Assembly: GCA_009914755.4 (NCBI GenBank)
Contig: CP068257.2
Coordinates: 39,104,001-39,168,000, forward strand
Length of the DNA: 64,000 bases
Origin: the human T2T-CHM13v2.0 reference genome, Homo sapiens
Reading direction: 5' to 3'
Each line of letters begins with the position of its first letter. The first letter of the stretch is position 1. Positions 44,800 to 58,090 of this stretch are shown here, piece after piece. The translations under genes were made by a program, and so were the position numbers. The notes below the pieces were generated by a model. That model saw only the letters and a list, made by a program, of their open reading frames with translations. It had not been told where the DNA came from and did no database searches.

Positions 44800-44960
44800 T
44801 TTATTGATTCAATTGGCCCTTGCTTCACAGCTGCTTCAAATATTTCAGAATTCCTCCTGTTTTTTACATCATGAAACTGAGGCTGAGAGGGTGACGTTAG
44901 CTTGCACAGGAGCCACAGGTCATACTGAGTGGAATTTGTGTTTGATTCTGACCTGCCTTA
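44800..44960 (-). mobile_element. MIR SINE fragment, antisense
   Basis: ttttttacatcatgaaactgaggctgagagggtgacgttagcttgcacaggagccacaggtcatactgagtggaatttgtgtttgattctgacctgcc corresponds to the MIR reverse complement ttttacagatgaggaaactgaggcacagagaggttaagtaacttgcccaaggtcacacagctagtaagtggcagagccgggattcgaacccagg. Confidence 0.5.
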
Positions 44961-46615
44961 CCCTAGAGACACTGTCTTTCTATCCAACTGCAGAGGTCCT
45001 GGGCACAGGCCAGTCAGGGAGTAAGAATGGGCCATTTAACAAGCATTCATAGCCACCAGCAGTCACTGCTTTGCCAGTTTCAAGCAGGCAAGAGTCAAGG
45101 AAGCCTCAGCAGCTGTGGCATTTTGCCACCCAGGTAGAGGAACCTTGCTTTCCTGCAAATCTCTCCTCCTGTGATCCTTGACTGATGCCTGGCTTGGCTG
45201 TGCTGTTTTTCTGGGAAGTTAGATGTTATTCTCATGCCATGTCTCTGGCTACAGCTCATGGACTGTGCCTGGCCTCCAGAATCTTCCCCTTTCTGCACCT
45301 GGCACCAAGCCTTCTAATACATCCCTACCTTCCCAGCTGGGACAGGGTCCACAAGACACCTCACTGAGAATCAACAAGATCAGTCCCCATAGTGTGTGCA
45401 TGTGACACTGGGGAGCCTGGAGCTGACGCACTTACTTATAATCACAACATTCCCAAAGCACAACTTGGAGTTTGGCTCTTTGCCTTCCTTCTTCTGGAAT
45501 GCAACAGTCATTGTTGAATTTCTACCCTCACCTAACCAGGCAATTCCTTATGGAAAGAGTCAGTCTGGTATCTGAACTCAGTGAATGACTTCAAGTTAAA
45601 CCCAAGGCTGCATCCATGATCCTTCCAAGTAGTGGACTTTATCATCCTTGAGTCTGGCTCATCACGAAGATGCAGTTTTGCTAAATCTAAGTACAGCTCT
45701 TATCTGCTCCAAGTCTCCCAGCTCGGTACCTGTTATCAAATGTTTTTAGGAGAGAGTCTGTTTCCTTATCTTTTCTAGCTTCTAGAATCTACATGTATTT
45801 CCTGGCTCATGGCCCCCCCTCTATTTTCAAAGCCAACAACATAGCATCTCTCTCTCTCTCCCTCCCGCCCTCCCTCTTTTTTTCTCTCCTCCACCCCTCC
45901 ATCTCTCATCTTATATTTGAACACAGATGTGTACTACAGGGAGAACATCATGTGATCATGAATACAGACATCCACCAGATAAGGAGAGAGGACTGGAACA
46001 GATCTTTCCCTCACAGCTCTCAGAAAAAAAACAACCCTGTTGACACCTTCATCTTGGACTTGGAGCCTACAGAACTGCAAGACAGAGCAAACTTCTCTTG
46101 TTCAAGCCTCTCAGTTTGTGATGTTTTCTTAACAGCCCTAACAAACTAATACAGAGAGAAACGATCCCAATTAGAGAGTGCCCTGGTACGTTTACTTTTT
46201 TAAAAAAGAACTTATCAGAAGAGTACTTTCAGGGATCATTTCTATAGTTCATTACTAGAGAAGTTTCTCTAAACATGTAGAGCATCAAAACCGCACAACT
46301 ACATGCAAACTGAACAACCTGCTCCTGAATGACTACTGGGTAAATAACAAAATTAAGGCAGAAATAACCAAGTTCTTTGAAACCCATGAGAACAAAGATA
46401 CAGTGTACCAGAATATCTGGAACACAGCTAAGGCAGTGTTTACAGGGAAATGTATAGCACTAAATGCCTACATCAGAAAGTGGGAAAGAAGTAAAATCAA
46501 CACCCTAACATCACAGTTAAAGAAACTAGAGAAGCAAGAGCAAACGAATTCAAAACCTAGCAGAAGACAAGAAATAACTAAGATCAGAGCAGAACTGAAG
46601 GAGTTAGACACATGA

Positions 46616-46741
<126 letters not shown>

Positions 46742-47337
46742 TGATAAAGGGGATATCACCACTGATCCCACAGAAATACAAACTACCATAAGAGAATACT
46801 ATAAACACCTCTACACACATAAACTAGAAAGTCTAGAAGAAATGGACAAATTCCTGGACACATACACCCTCCCAAGACTAAACAAGGAAGAAGATGAATC
46901 CCTGAATAGACCAATAACAAGTTCTGAAATTGAGGCAGTAAATCAATAGTCTACCAACCAAAAAAGCCCAGGACCAGACGGATTCACAGCCAAATTCTAC
47001 CAGAGGTACAAAGAGGAGCTGATACTGTTCCTTCTGAAATTATTTCAAACAATAGAAAAAAAGGGACACCTCCCTAACTCATTTTATGAGGCCAGCATCA
47101 TCCTGATTCCAAAACCTGGCAGAGACACAACAAGAAAAGAAAATTTCAGGCCGATATCCCTGATGAACATCGATGCAAAAATCCTCAGTAAAATACTGGC
47201 AAACCGAATCCAGCAGCACATCAAAAAGCTTATCCACCATGATCAAGTCAGCTTCATCCCTGGGATGCAAGGCAGATTCAACATACACAAATCAATAAAC
47301 AGAACCAATGACAAAAAATACATGATTATCTCAACAG

Positions 47338-47589
47338 ATGCAGAAAAGGACTGATAAAATTCAAAACACCTTCATGCTAAAAACTCTCAATAAACTAGGT
47401 CTTGATGGAACATATCTCAAAATAATAAGAGCTGTTTATGACAAACCCATAGCCAATATCATACTGAATGGGCAAAAGCTGGAAGTGTTCCCTTTGAAAA
47501 CTGGCACAAGACAAGGATGCCCTCTCTCACCACTGCTATTCAACATAGCATTGGAAGTTCTGGCCAGAGCAATCAAGCAAGAGAAATAA
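47338..47589 (+). pseudogene. Decayed L1 ORF2 reverse-transcriptase fragment (within the L1PA element)
   Basis: The track ORF translates ...[69 protein letters not shown], which is near-identical to the L1 ORF2p RT domain. Upstream and downstream frames are broken by stops and frameshifts. Confidence 0.85.
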
Positions 47590-47974
47590 ATAAAGGGCAT
47601 TCAAATAGGAAGAGAGGAAGTCAGATTGTCTCTGTGTGCAGACGACATGATTGTATATTTAGAAAACCCCATCATCTCAGCCCTAAAACTCCTTAAGCTG
47701 ATAAACAACTTCAACAAAGTCTCAGGATACAAAATCAATGTGTAAAAATCACAAGCACTCCTATACACCAATAATAGACAAGCAGAGAACTAAATCATGA
47801 GTGAACTCCCATTCACAATTGCTACAAAGAGAATAAAATACCTGGGATTACAACTTACAAGGGATGCGATAAGACCTCTTCAAGGAGAACTACAAACCGC
47901 TGCTCAAAGAAAAAAGAGGGGACACAAACAAATGGAAAAACATTCCATGCTCATGGATAGGAAGAATCAATATT

Positions 47975-48586
47975 ATGAAAATGGCAATACTGCCCAAAAT
48001 AATTTATAGATTAAATGCTATTCTCATCAAGCTAACATTGACTTTCTTCACAGAACTAGAGAAAACTACTTTAAATTTCATACGGAATCAAAAAAGAGCC
48101 TGTGTAGCCAAGACAACTCTAAACAAAAAGAACAAAGCTGGAGGCATCATGCTACCTGCCTTCAAAATATACTACAAGTCTACCATAACCAAAACAGCAT
48201 GGTTCTGGTATCAAAACAGATATATAGACCAATGGAACAGAACAGAGGCCTCAGAAATAACAGCACACATCTACAACCATCTGATCTTTGGAAAACGTGA
48301 CAAGAACAAGCAATGGGGAAAGGATTCCCTATTTAATAAATGGTGCTGGGAAAACTGGCTAGCCATATGCAGAAAACTGAAACTGGACTCCTTCCTTAAA
48401 CCTTATATAAAAATTAACTCAAGATGGATTAAAGACTTATATGTAAAACCTAAAACCATAAAAACCCTAAAAGAAAACCTAGGCAATATCATTCAGGACA
48501 TTGGCATGGGCAAAGACTTCATGAGTAAAACACCAAAAGCAATGGCAACAAAAGCCAAAATTGACAAATGGAATCTAATTAACTAA
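47975..48586 (+). pseudogene. Decayed L1 ORF2 C-terminal (cysteine-rich region) fragment, 203 aa
   Basis: [95 protein letters not shown]...[83 protein letters not shown] aligns along its length to human L1 ORF2p. Confidence 0.9.
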
Positions 48587-51026
48587 AGAGCTTCAGCTCA
48601 GCAAAAGAAACTATTATCAGAGTGAACAGGCAACCTACAGAATGGGAGAAATTTTTTGCAATCTACCCATCTGACAAAGGGCTAATATCCAGGATCTACA
48701 GGGAACTTAAACAAATTTACAAGAAAAAAACAAACAACTCCATCAAAAAGTGGGTCAAGTATATTAGCAGACACTTCTCAAAAGAAGATATTTATGCCGC
48801 CAAAAAAAAAAATGAAAAAAAGCTCATCATCACTGGTCATTAGAGAAATGCAAATCAAAATCACAATGAGATACCATCTCAAGCCAGTTAGAATGGTGAT
48901 CATTAAGAAGTCTGGAAACAACAGACGCTGGTGAGGATGCAGAGAAATAGGAACACTTTCACACTGTTGGTGGGAGTGTAAATTAGTTCAACCATTATGG
49001 AAGACAGTGTGGCGATTCCTCAAGGATCTAGAACCAGAAACACCATTTGACCCAGCAATCCCATTACTGGGTATATACCCAAAGGATTAGAAATCATTCT
49101 ACTATAAAGACACATGCACATGTATGTTTATTGCTGCATTATTTACAATAGCAAAGACTTGGAACCAACCCAAATACCCATCAATGATAGACTGGATAAA
49201 GAAAATATGGCACATATACACCATGGAATACTATGCAGCCATAAAAATGAATGAGTTCATGCCTTTGCAAGGTCATGGATGAAGCTGGAAACCATCATCC
49301 TCAGCAAACTAACACAGGAACAGAAAACCAAACACCACATGTTCTCACTCACAAGTGGGAGTTGAACAATGAGAACACAGGGGCACAGAGAGGGGAACAT
49401 CACACACCGGGGCCTGTCAGGGGGTGGAGGGCAAGGAGAGGGAGAGCATTAGGAAAAATGCCCAATGCATGCAGGGCTTAAAACCGAGATGGGTTGATAG
49501 GTGCAGCAAACCACCATGGCACATGTGTACCTATGTAACAAACCTGCACATTCTGCACATGTATCACAGGAAAAAAAAAAAAAGAACTTGTCAGAAAGTT
49601 CTGTGGAACCAAAAGTACTTACTATAATTGTTGGTTTGGAGAGGCAGAGGAAGTAGGAGAGGGTGCTGAGGGCATACTTTCCTAACCAATGTCATTGCCA
49701 TGAAGATTTCTGAGGTCTCTGGCTCCTTCTTCCATGCTCAATTCCTTGCGCAGAGCAACTTGGAGGCAAATCATGAAGGCACTGCCTGGTCCAGCCCCTG
49801 GCCCTGGAGGAGGCACTTCCTCCGCCTCCTCTGCTTCCGTGGGGGCCTTTTGGTCTCCATCATGTCAGACTTAGCACTTCCTCCAGCCCAGCATCTAACG
49901 TGGGTGATTTGCACCTTTATTATGAATTGTTTATTCTCTGGGGTATCTATGACCACAGTGTGCAAGTGATATTTCCATTCAAGGACCAAAGAAAAAAAAT
50001 TTTTTTAAACTTTGTTTCCTGAGAGACACATTCCAGGCATCATAGAAGCAACGGGGGAAGGATGGGGACACAGAGAGTCATTGCAGGTAGGCTATGACCC
50101 CGGGAAGAACATCCTTCACACCTGGTAACATTTGTGAGAAGGTGTTTCCTCCAGAAAAAATTAGTTCAGGGACATTTTGCTAGTAAGAGGCCAATTATCT
50201 GTTTGAGGCCACCAACAGAATGGTTGTTTAATTTCTATAACCAAAGCTGACGTCTCATTGCATGATCAGCGATCAGTGCCTGTTATCAACAGCCGCAAAG
50301 GGTCTTACTCTAGGGCTCCGATGCCCGCTCCAGATCCCCTGAATTCTCATCTCACATGTGGCTGGTCAGCTGCAGGAGAACGAGGAGCTGACCTCCACCC
50401 TGTGCTGCTGATGGGAATGGCATTTCCCCACCCTGTGCAGCTCTGGCAGCCTCCCTCTTACCCCTGCTATCACAGCCGCGGAGGCAGGCAGGGAGCTCGT
50501 GACAGCTGGCAAGCCAGCCTCTGGGAATAAAACATTTTAGCACTTCATAAATTTCTAACAAGGTTTCAAATTGCGGCCGTTTCCCTCCTCTCAGCTCCGT
50601 CAACTAGCAAAAGGGGTTGGGGGTGGGGGAAGAAAGACTAATTAAATCTACGGTGGGAAAGCACTGCTGGTAAGATTGCTACTTATTAAAAATCATGAAC
50701 TGTTAGGACCCGATTACAAAGTAAGTTGAAATTCTCCCCATTTTCCCCATACATAAAAATATAAAACAGAGCCTTTCAATTTTATATGTATTTGGTATGT
50801 GTGTATATATATATATATTTTCAAAGGATTAAATACATATCCTTAACAGGATAGCTGATATATGACATTCTTAAACCTAAGGGAAGATGACACATAACTA
50901 ACTAAAATGCTGAGAGACATTCAATATCAATACTGAACATTAACATTGAGGCTTGGTATCATTTACAAAGTAGTTATTTCACATTCTTTTCCCCTGGGAG
51001 TTTTACTGAAAGAAAATGCTTGCTAG

Positions 51027-51459
<433 letters not shown>

Positions 51460-52632
51460 AAAAAACCTTTCTTAATTTCATGGTTCTTTGTTTTAAAAGA
51501 AGGGTACTTGCTTTACAGGAAATACGTAAGCCTTATGGGTAGGGGAAATGTGGAACAGGGAACAAAAAAACTAATTCACAAAGACGTTTAATTGTCAACT
51601 AAAACATGTTAGGAGCACTGTGGGAGGGGTGTGTTTGGAAAAATAAGGGGTAAGATTTTAAATAGTTTCACTCTGAGAAAACCAGCATTCCTTTTCCTAC
51701 TAGAGTAAGTAAGCAGGGTTGCCTTCTTCAGGTAGTGGGTCTCACATGAAAAAATTTCAATCTGAAATAAGGGTCGTAGAATTGGTGACGTGAGAATTGG
51801 GCAAAACTAGGGCACAGACAGATCCTGGCAGTAACTTCGGGCCCACATCACTTTGGGCAAAACACACAGACAAGCACTAAGCAGGTACAGGACAACCACC
51901 AGCTGCTGCACTGAGCATTCTCTGCGCTCCCTGCACCTTCGCCTGATGCCCATTTTCTTTTTTAGCGTGAGAAAGTTGACCTTTAGGATGACATACAAAA
52001 TAAGCTTCTCCAGCTAGGATGGGAGGCAAAATGCAAAGACCATGTGTGCTATTTATGTTTGAGAATGAACCTTCCTGCAAAGTATCAGCCTGTCGTATAT
52101 TTAGAACAGAGACCCCAGGGTGGGAGCATCTCATGGCAGCTCCCAATTGAATGCCAGATGCAAATGATCACTTGCTATTAATCCCAGCCTTGCTAACATT
52201 TGGTCCTGAGCATCACAGCTAATTGACGGGATGAATTACCATTTCTACGGATGGTGCCACCTGTGACATTCAGGATCTTTGAGAGGTAGAACCCGCAGTA
52301 GTTTAACATTGCCAGTTTAGTCAGTTATGATCATTGATACATGGCTCACCATTTTCTCTCTTTCTCTCTCTCCCTGTGTGTGTGTGCGTGTGTGCATGTT
52401 ACATGGTTTCACTATGAGATATACAGCATTTTATTTTGTCTACATATGCAAATGTTCAGTGACAGGGACAAAAAGAAAAAAAATCAAGAATAATGAATGT
52501 GATTAAGTGGAAAACTACTTATAAAACACTCTAAAGTTGACTAATATAGGCAAACACTGTTAAAGTCGATTTTAGGGAATCATCCAGGTATTTCACATAG
52601 CATAGGCTATAACTTCATTAAAGAAAACATGG

Positions 52633-52780
52633 TCACCCCTGCCTGAACTGCACCCAGATTGCACCCCAGTGGCTCTGAGCCAGGACAGGTGGCCAGTCAC
52701 CCCCTGCCTGAATTGCACCCAGATGGCACCCCAGTGGCTCTGAGCCAAGACAGGTGGCCTTCCCACCTGCCTCATTACCT
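52633..52780. repeat. Tandem duplication with a unit of about 64 bp, about 2.2 copies
   Basis: Unit 1 (52633-52696) is gtcacccctgcctgaactgcacccagattgcaccccagtggctctgagccaggacaggtggcca. Unit 2 (52697-52761) is gtcaccccctgcctgaattgcacccagatggcaccccagtggctctgagccaagacaggtggcct. A partial third start cccacctgcctca follows. Confidence 0.9.
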
Positions 52781-53862
52781 TACGGTGACACCCCTCCCCC
52801 CACCCCCACCCTGAGGGGCTGCAGTGTGATAATTCTGGGAAGAGCTTCAGAACCTATCTGTCCTGCATGCTAATCCAAGTTTCCAAGTGATTTTATGTGC
52901 ATTTTCTCATCCAGTGCTCCCAACAATTACAGCTTGTCTTTCACTAACCGAAAGCATTCTTCTCTATCCCTCCCAGTAATTCCTGCAGGGCATAACCTGT
53001 GAGGAAAAGATTAGAGATGGCTAATATTTTGGGTATAATGAACGAAGCCAGCTTCAGTTTATTTTCATTAAACACAATTCCCATTTCCAGGTGTTTGTTA
53101 GTTTTGGTGAACATCACAGGATGGCCTTTCCCCGGTAAGTGCAGCAATCCATCTGTTGTAAGGAGCACCTCTGCACTCAGACCTCCTGATGTGGAAGTGC
53201 TTCAAGGTAAAAGCAGGCTTCCCAAAGCTTGCGTTGATTGTAACTGTAGTGAAAGTTAGAAACAAAAGCCAGTAGTTACTGAGAACAGAAGTTGAGCACC
53301 AGACCTCGGATATAGCATAGGGGTATGGAAGATCTTATAGAACAAGAGGAAAAAACAAGGCATTTTCTTTGAAAAGGAAGGTGGAGGCCCAATTGAGACA
53401 GGCTGAAATTCACCCAAGAGGGGAGATTATCAAAGAGATGCATATTGAAGACGTCCTTTGATGTCAGGGTGAAGTAGTATGGTGACTAAAATATTAGAAC
53501 TATCTCTAGAGGGCAGCTGGGGATGTCTGCTCCTATTAATCCACTAGAGTCTAGACCTGAAAGGCTCATGGGGGCCCTTCCCCAACCCTCTGCTCTCACT
53601 TCCCAAGGCTATAAGTGGCCATGATCTGTGCTGAATCCCCACTGCAGGGAACATTCCAGAACAAGGATTGACACATCTCTGTGATACACTACTTGTTCTC
53701 TCATATTCTTGATAGTTGGTCCTGAGCCAAGTATTCTAGCAAAGATGGTGCAGCACAGAAAATTCTCAGGTTTCATTTTCCATTTAGGGAATGTGGGAGC
53801 TCTGGTCAGAGACCCACAGATGACCCCAACCTCAAAGCTGGCCAGCTGTGCTGCACCCATGG

Positions 53863-53952
53863 GGAGAAGGAGATGAGGCCTGCATGCTGTGGCAGACACA
53901 GGTGGGTGGAGAAGTAGATGAGGCCTGCATGCTGTGGTGGACACAGGTGGGT
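53863..53952. repeat. Tandem duplication with a 45-bp unit, 2 copies
   Basis: ggagaaggagatgaggcctgcatgctgtggcagacacaggtgggt then ggagaagtagatgaggcctgcatgctgtggtggacacaggtgggt. The minus-strand track ORF repeats the peptide ACRPHLLL as a result. Confidence 0.9.
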
Positions 53953-55149
53953 ATTGTCAGCATCCTGCTGTCTTCACAGTGAGAGCCCTTTCAGAGAGTC
54001 CCAAATCCAAGCCAGCCTCCTTCAACCATCCCTGGAGAGGTGGATCTCATAGCATCTGCCAAGAGTCTTGTGCTTAACTGTGTATCACGACAGACTCTTT
54101 CCCTGACCAGACTTTAGGCAGGCCCCTCTCTAAGCTCTTCTCAACTAAGCCCTGACTTTGGAGCATTTTTTCTTGTCTCTGCCTTCTCCAGTTTTAGCAA
54201 GAATCCTGCTTAGTTTGGCTATCCTGGGTATCTGATCACCCTAACTATCTGATCAGGTTTCTCCTTCACCAACCCCCAGGTGGTTGTCTGATCACCCTGG
54301 TCTGTGTTCAGCAAGAGTCATGTTCAGGTGATGTAGCCAGAATGCCCCTTACCCTTGATGTCTCCTGTAAATAATATTCCATCCACTGATCCCCACCTCA
54401 CTACCTGGCTATAAACTCCCATTTGTTTTTTGTATTTGGAATTGTGCCCAATCTCTCTCGCCCACTTCAAAATGCAATTGCAGGGTCTCTATGGCTCTGA
54501 ATAAAGTCTGCCTTACTGCCTTATCAAAGGTCATTTTTTTTTCTTTAACAATAACACTGAACTCTTCCCCGAGGTTAAACCAAGGAACATTCTCAAAATT
54601 ATATCCAATTATCTTCCTAAAAACAAAAGGGAGTTGCTGTATAACTGGTCTTCATTTCTTCCCTAGACAAAACAAAAAGTAGACTTGAACATTTCTTAAA
54701 AGACTGGTCTCCTTAAATTCTTTTAGTTTCTCTTCATTTTTATCAAAATATAAAAACCAAATTCAGAATCAGTTTCTCAACTTTTCAATATTTTCTTTCT
54801 CTATTGGCATCTCAGCATCAAAGTATTAAAGTAGTGCCGTGAGACTCACACCTCCAATGGCTAGGAAATTGGCCAGCTTAGGCACCAATACTGCACCCAA
54901 GTCTGGAACTGTAGAATACAGTGATGATCTTGTATTGACTTTGAAACTCATCTGTAAGAGTTATTCGAGTTTTTTCCATGGAAAAAGAATGCAATATTGT
55001 CAAAATTGCTGATAACGGCCAAGTCAGGGCTCACAGCCCTTACCGTCTTTCAGAACAGTTGGGGGTGTAGAAAAAGAAACTACAGCTAACACTCAGCACC
55101 TGCAAATGGCCAGGTGCAGCTCTAAACCTTATTTGTGTGAAAACTCACT

Positions 55150-55300
55150 TAATTGTCACAACAACCCTACAGGAGGCGAATGTTATTATGGGATCCCCAT
55201 CTTCCAGATGAAAAAAACTGAGGCACAGAAAGGTTAGTTAGGCAGCCCTAACCATGTGGCTGGTAAGAAGAACAGAGCTTCAAAGCCTGAGATAGTCATA
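55150..55300 (-). mobile_element. MIR SINE, antisense
   Basis: ttgtcacaacaaccctacaggaggcgaatgttattatgggatccccatcttccagatgaaaaaactgaggcacagaaaggttagttaggcagccctaaccatgtggctggtaagaagaacagagc is a clear match to the MIR core in reverse complement. Confidence 0.6.
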
Positions 55301-56640
55301 ACCTAGCTAGGAAAACTTTTTAGTTGTTACTAAACAGATGCAGAGGCATATTGAAAGTAAAAGTAAAATGCAAAAACAGAAGAGGTAGAAAGGGTGCCAA
55401 GGTGAGAAGTTGGCAGTCTTTTCTTCTGGAAACTTCCAGGAGATTTAGAATGAAAGAAAGAAAGCAGCCAAGGGGATCATGGTAAACACGAGGCAGCCTG
55501 GACATGGCATAGCACCCCCAGGCTGCCGGACTCCAGGGCATGCCCAAGGGTAGCTGCAGAGTCAAACTAAACCAAGAAACAGAGTTGGGCAGTGTAAAGA
55601 GCTGTAGGCTTCACGCAGTGGGAGACAGGCCACCCAGCCCACATGAGGGACAGAAAGCCACTTAAGGGCACGAGCTTTCATTAGCATAGAACCATGCTGC
55701 CCATTTTACCAGGTATTTTCATTGAGCAGGCCATGGGCTGGGTGTCCTATAAGGCAGGCCTGGGTTCCTCTTCAGGCTGCTGTCATAACGCAGTTCTGAG
55801 CTGCAATGATTGAAACGGATGGAGGAGGGAGTATTGGGAATAAACAAGAGTGAAGGTCATCTCAAAGCACCTTTTACATTTTTCCCGAAAGGTGGAGTTT
55901 TGAAAGCAGAACCCCTTGAAAATGTGTTCTTGTGCATGCTATTCCTTCAGACTGTGAGCAATTTCTCCTCTCCGCACCTACACGGGGGAAGGCTTCCGGA
56001 CCAGGTTTCTGCAAAGAGCACTTGCGTGGTTCATAAAAGCAACACCAGAACTCACTCACTCTGCCTTCTCCATCCCTCTGGGCATGGCTCATTTCCATCT
56101 TAACTGCATCTCTAAGTAAATCAAGAGCCAGCGAAAGGAAGTATGAAGATATAGTGGGGAACCTTGAACAATTCCTTTTTTACTCCCAATTACTTTAGGT
56201 AAAACTCTGAATCCAACTTGTTTTATTTGTGATGCTATTGTTACAGCCTCAAAACCTGTTTTGACTTGGAAAGGCATTCCAAATAGGTACACTGGGAACT
56301 CAACCTAAAATAGCCAGTTAATTTTACACGCACATTTTATTTTCAGGGAACGTGCGTATGTCGCATACAATGGAGGGGAAAATGGAGACTGGAGTTTATG
56401 ATGTAATCTTTATGCGAATTTTATTATTTCATAAAATGTGAATACGTTCATGGGAAAGAGGCCATGAAACATATTCACTTTTGCTACACATGCTGATAAC
56501 TTCAAAGTCAGGTGGACGGGAATTGACACAGAATTTTCATAATAAGGGCTGATAAAATGTGCTATTGTGTCAACACATACTTCTAGCTTCTGTTTTTAAA
56601 TGTTTTGCTAGTAATAGGTTTAAAAAGTGATTTGTTTCTG

Positions 56641-56936
56641 TTTTTTTCTTTTTGAGATGGAGATTTGCTCTTTTCCCCCAGGCTGGAGTGCAATGGTGTG
56701 ATCTTGGTTCATTGCTACCTCCACCTCCTGGGTGCAAGCGATTTTCCTGCCTCAGCTTCCTGAGTAGCTGGGATTACAGGCACCCGTCACCGTGCCTGGC
56801 TAATTTTTGCACTTTTAATAGAGACGGGGTTTCACCATGTTGGCCAGGCTGGTCTCGAACTCCCGACCTCAGGTGATCCACTCATCTTGGCCTCCCAAAG
56901 TGCTGGGATTATAGGCATAAGCCACTGTGCCCAGCC
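56641..56936 (-). mobile_element. Alu SINE (full length, AluS-like)
   Basis: tttttttctttttgagatggagatttgctcttttcccccaggctggagtgcaatggtgtgatcttggttcattgctacctcc through ggcataagccactgtgcccagcc. Confidence 0.95.
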
Positions 56937-57659
56937 TGATTTAATGGTTATTGCCTATCTCTTTCCTCTCAGTTATAGGCATGTCAGACCTGTGTCCTAT
57001 ACCTCCTGCTGCGGGTGGCTCTGCATAGAGCTCAGGCAGTTTTAGGAACTGTCTTAGTTCCCTCAGCAGGAGCCCTGCCCATGTCCAACTGCCTGTCTTG
57101 GTTTGGTGGCCTCCCCAGCCAAATTCCCTCTTCCTCTCTGTATCATACAACCTCCCCCTTCCCAAATACAGATAACTGCCGGAATGGTGGGCATCTGCTG
57201 TGCTGTGCAACGTGGTTCCCTTTGTGGGTGTTACTCACGCAAATCACGTCCTCTCGTGGCTGCCACCATTATGGACCAGGGCCCGTAACAAATTCCATAA
57301 CTTCACAGGATTTGCCTTAAGAAATAACGATTGCCATAATCGCCGCGGTGGTGGACCCTGTCCCGGAGAGCTGTCTTCTGTCAAATAAAAAGCAGCTCCT
57401 GCTGGAGGCATTGCTCACTCCCAGCAGCCCACAGTCAGTAACTGGCTGACCTAGGGGTCAAAGCATTGGCCCTATTGCCACAGGTGGATCATATCCCTGC
57501 AGGGCGCTCTGTGCGCCAGAGCCAGCCTGTGAGGTCAGACAGAGGCCAGTCCCCAGCTGAAACCACATCCCTGACTTACGCAGCTCCCCACCTAACCCTT
57601 GTTCAACCAATCCTTCATCAGTCCCTCGCACGAGAACCCCCTTCTCAGGTTCTACTTCT

Positions 57660-58090
57660 AGGAAACCCAGCTGTTTACATTTCTGAGGGCTGCCATAACA
57701 AACTTCCACATGTCTGGTTGCTTTAAACAATAGAAATTTGGTCCAAAATTGAGATGTAGGCAGTGTTAATTCCCATGCCTCTCTTAGCTTCTGGTATCTG
57801 CCAGCAATCTTTGGCATACTTTGGCTTGTAGACACACAACTCCAATTTCTACCTCCGTCTTCACATGGCCTTCTTCTCCCTGTGTCTTCATGTCTAAATT
57901 TCCATCTCCTCTCTCTTAGAAGGACACCAGTCCTTGGATTTAGGGCTTATAGTAAGTCCAGGCTGATCTCATCTCCAGATCCTAACTTAATTACATCTGC
58001 AAATACTCTATTTCAAAATAAGGTCAGATTCTGAGGTACCAGGAGAACACGAATGTTTGGGAAACACTGTTCAACCCACTACACCAACCT
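57660..58090 (-). mobile_element. Solitary ERVL-MaLR LTR (MLT1-like)
   Basis: gagggctgccataacaaacttccacatgtctggttgctttaaacaatagaaatttggtcc...cttctggtatctgccagcaatctttggcatactttggcttgtagacacacaactccaatttctacctccgtcttcacatggccttcttctccctgtgtcttcatgtctaaatttccatctcctctctcttagaaggacaccagtcc...cttaattacatctgcaaatactctatttcaaaataaggtcagattctgaggtaccagg. Confidence 0.6.
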
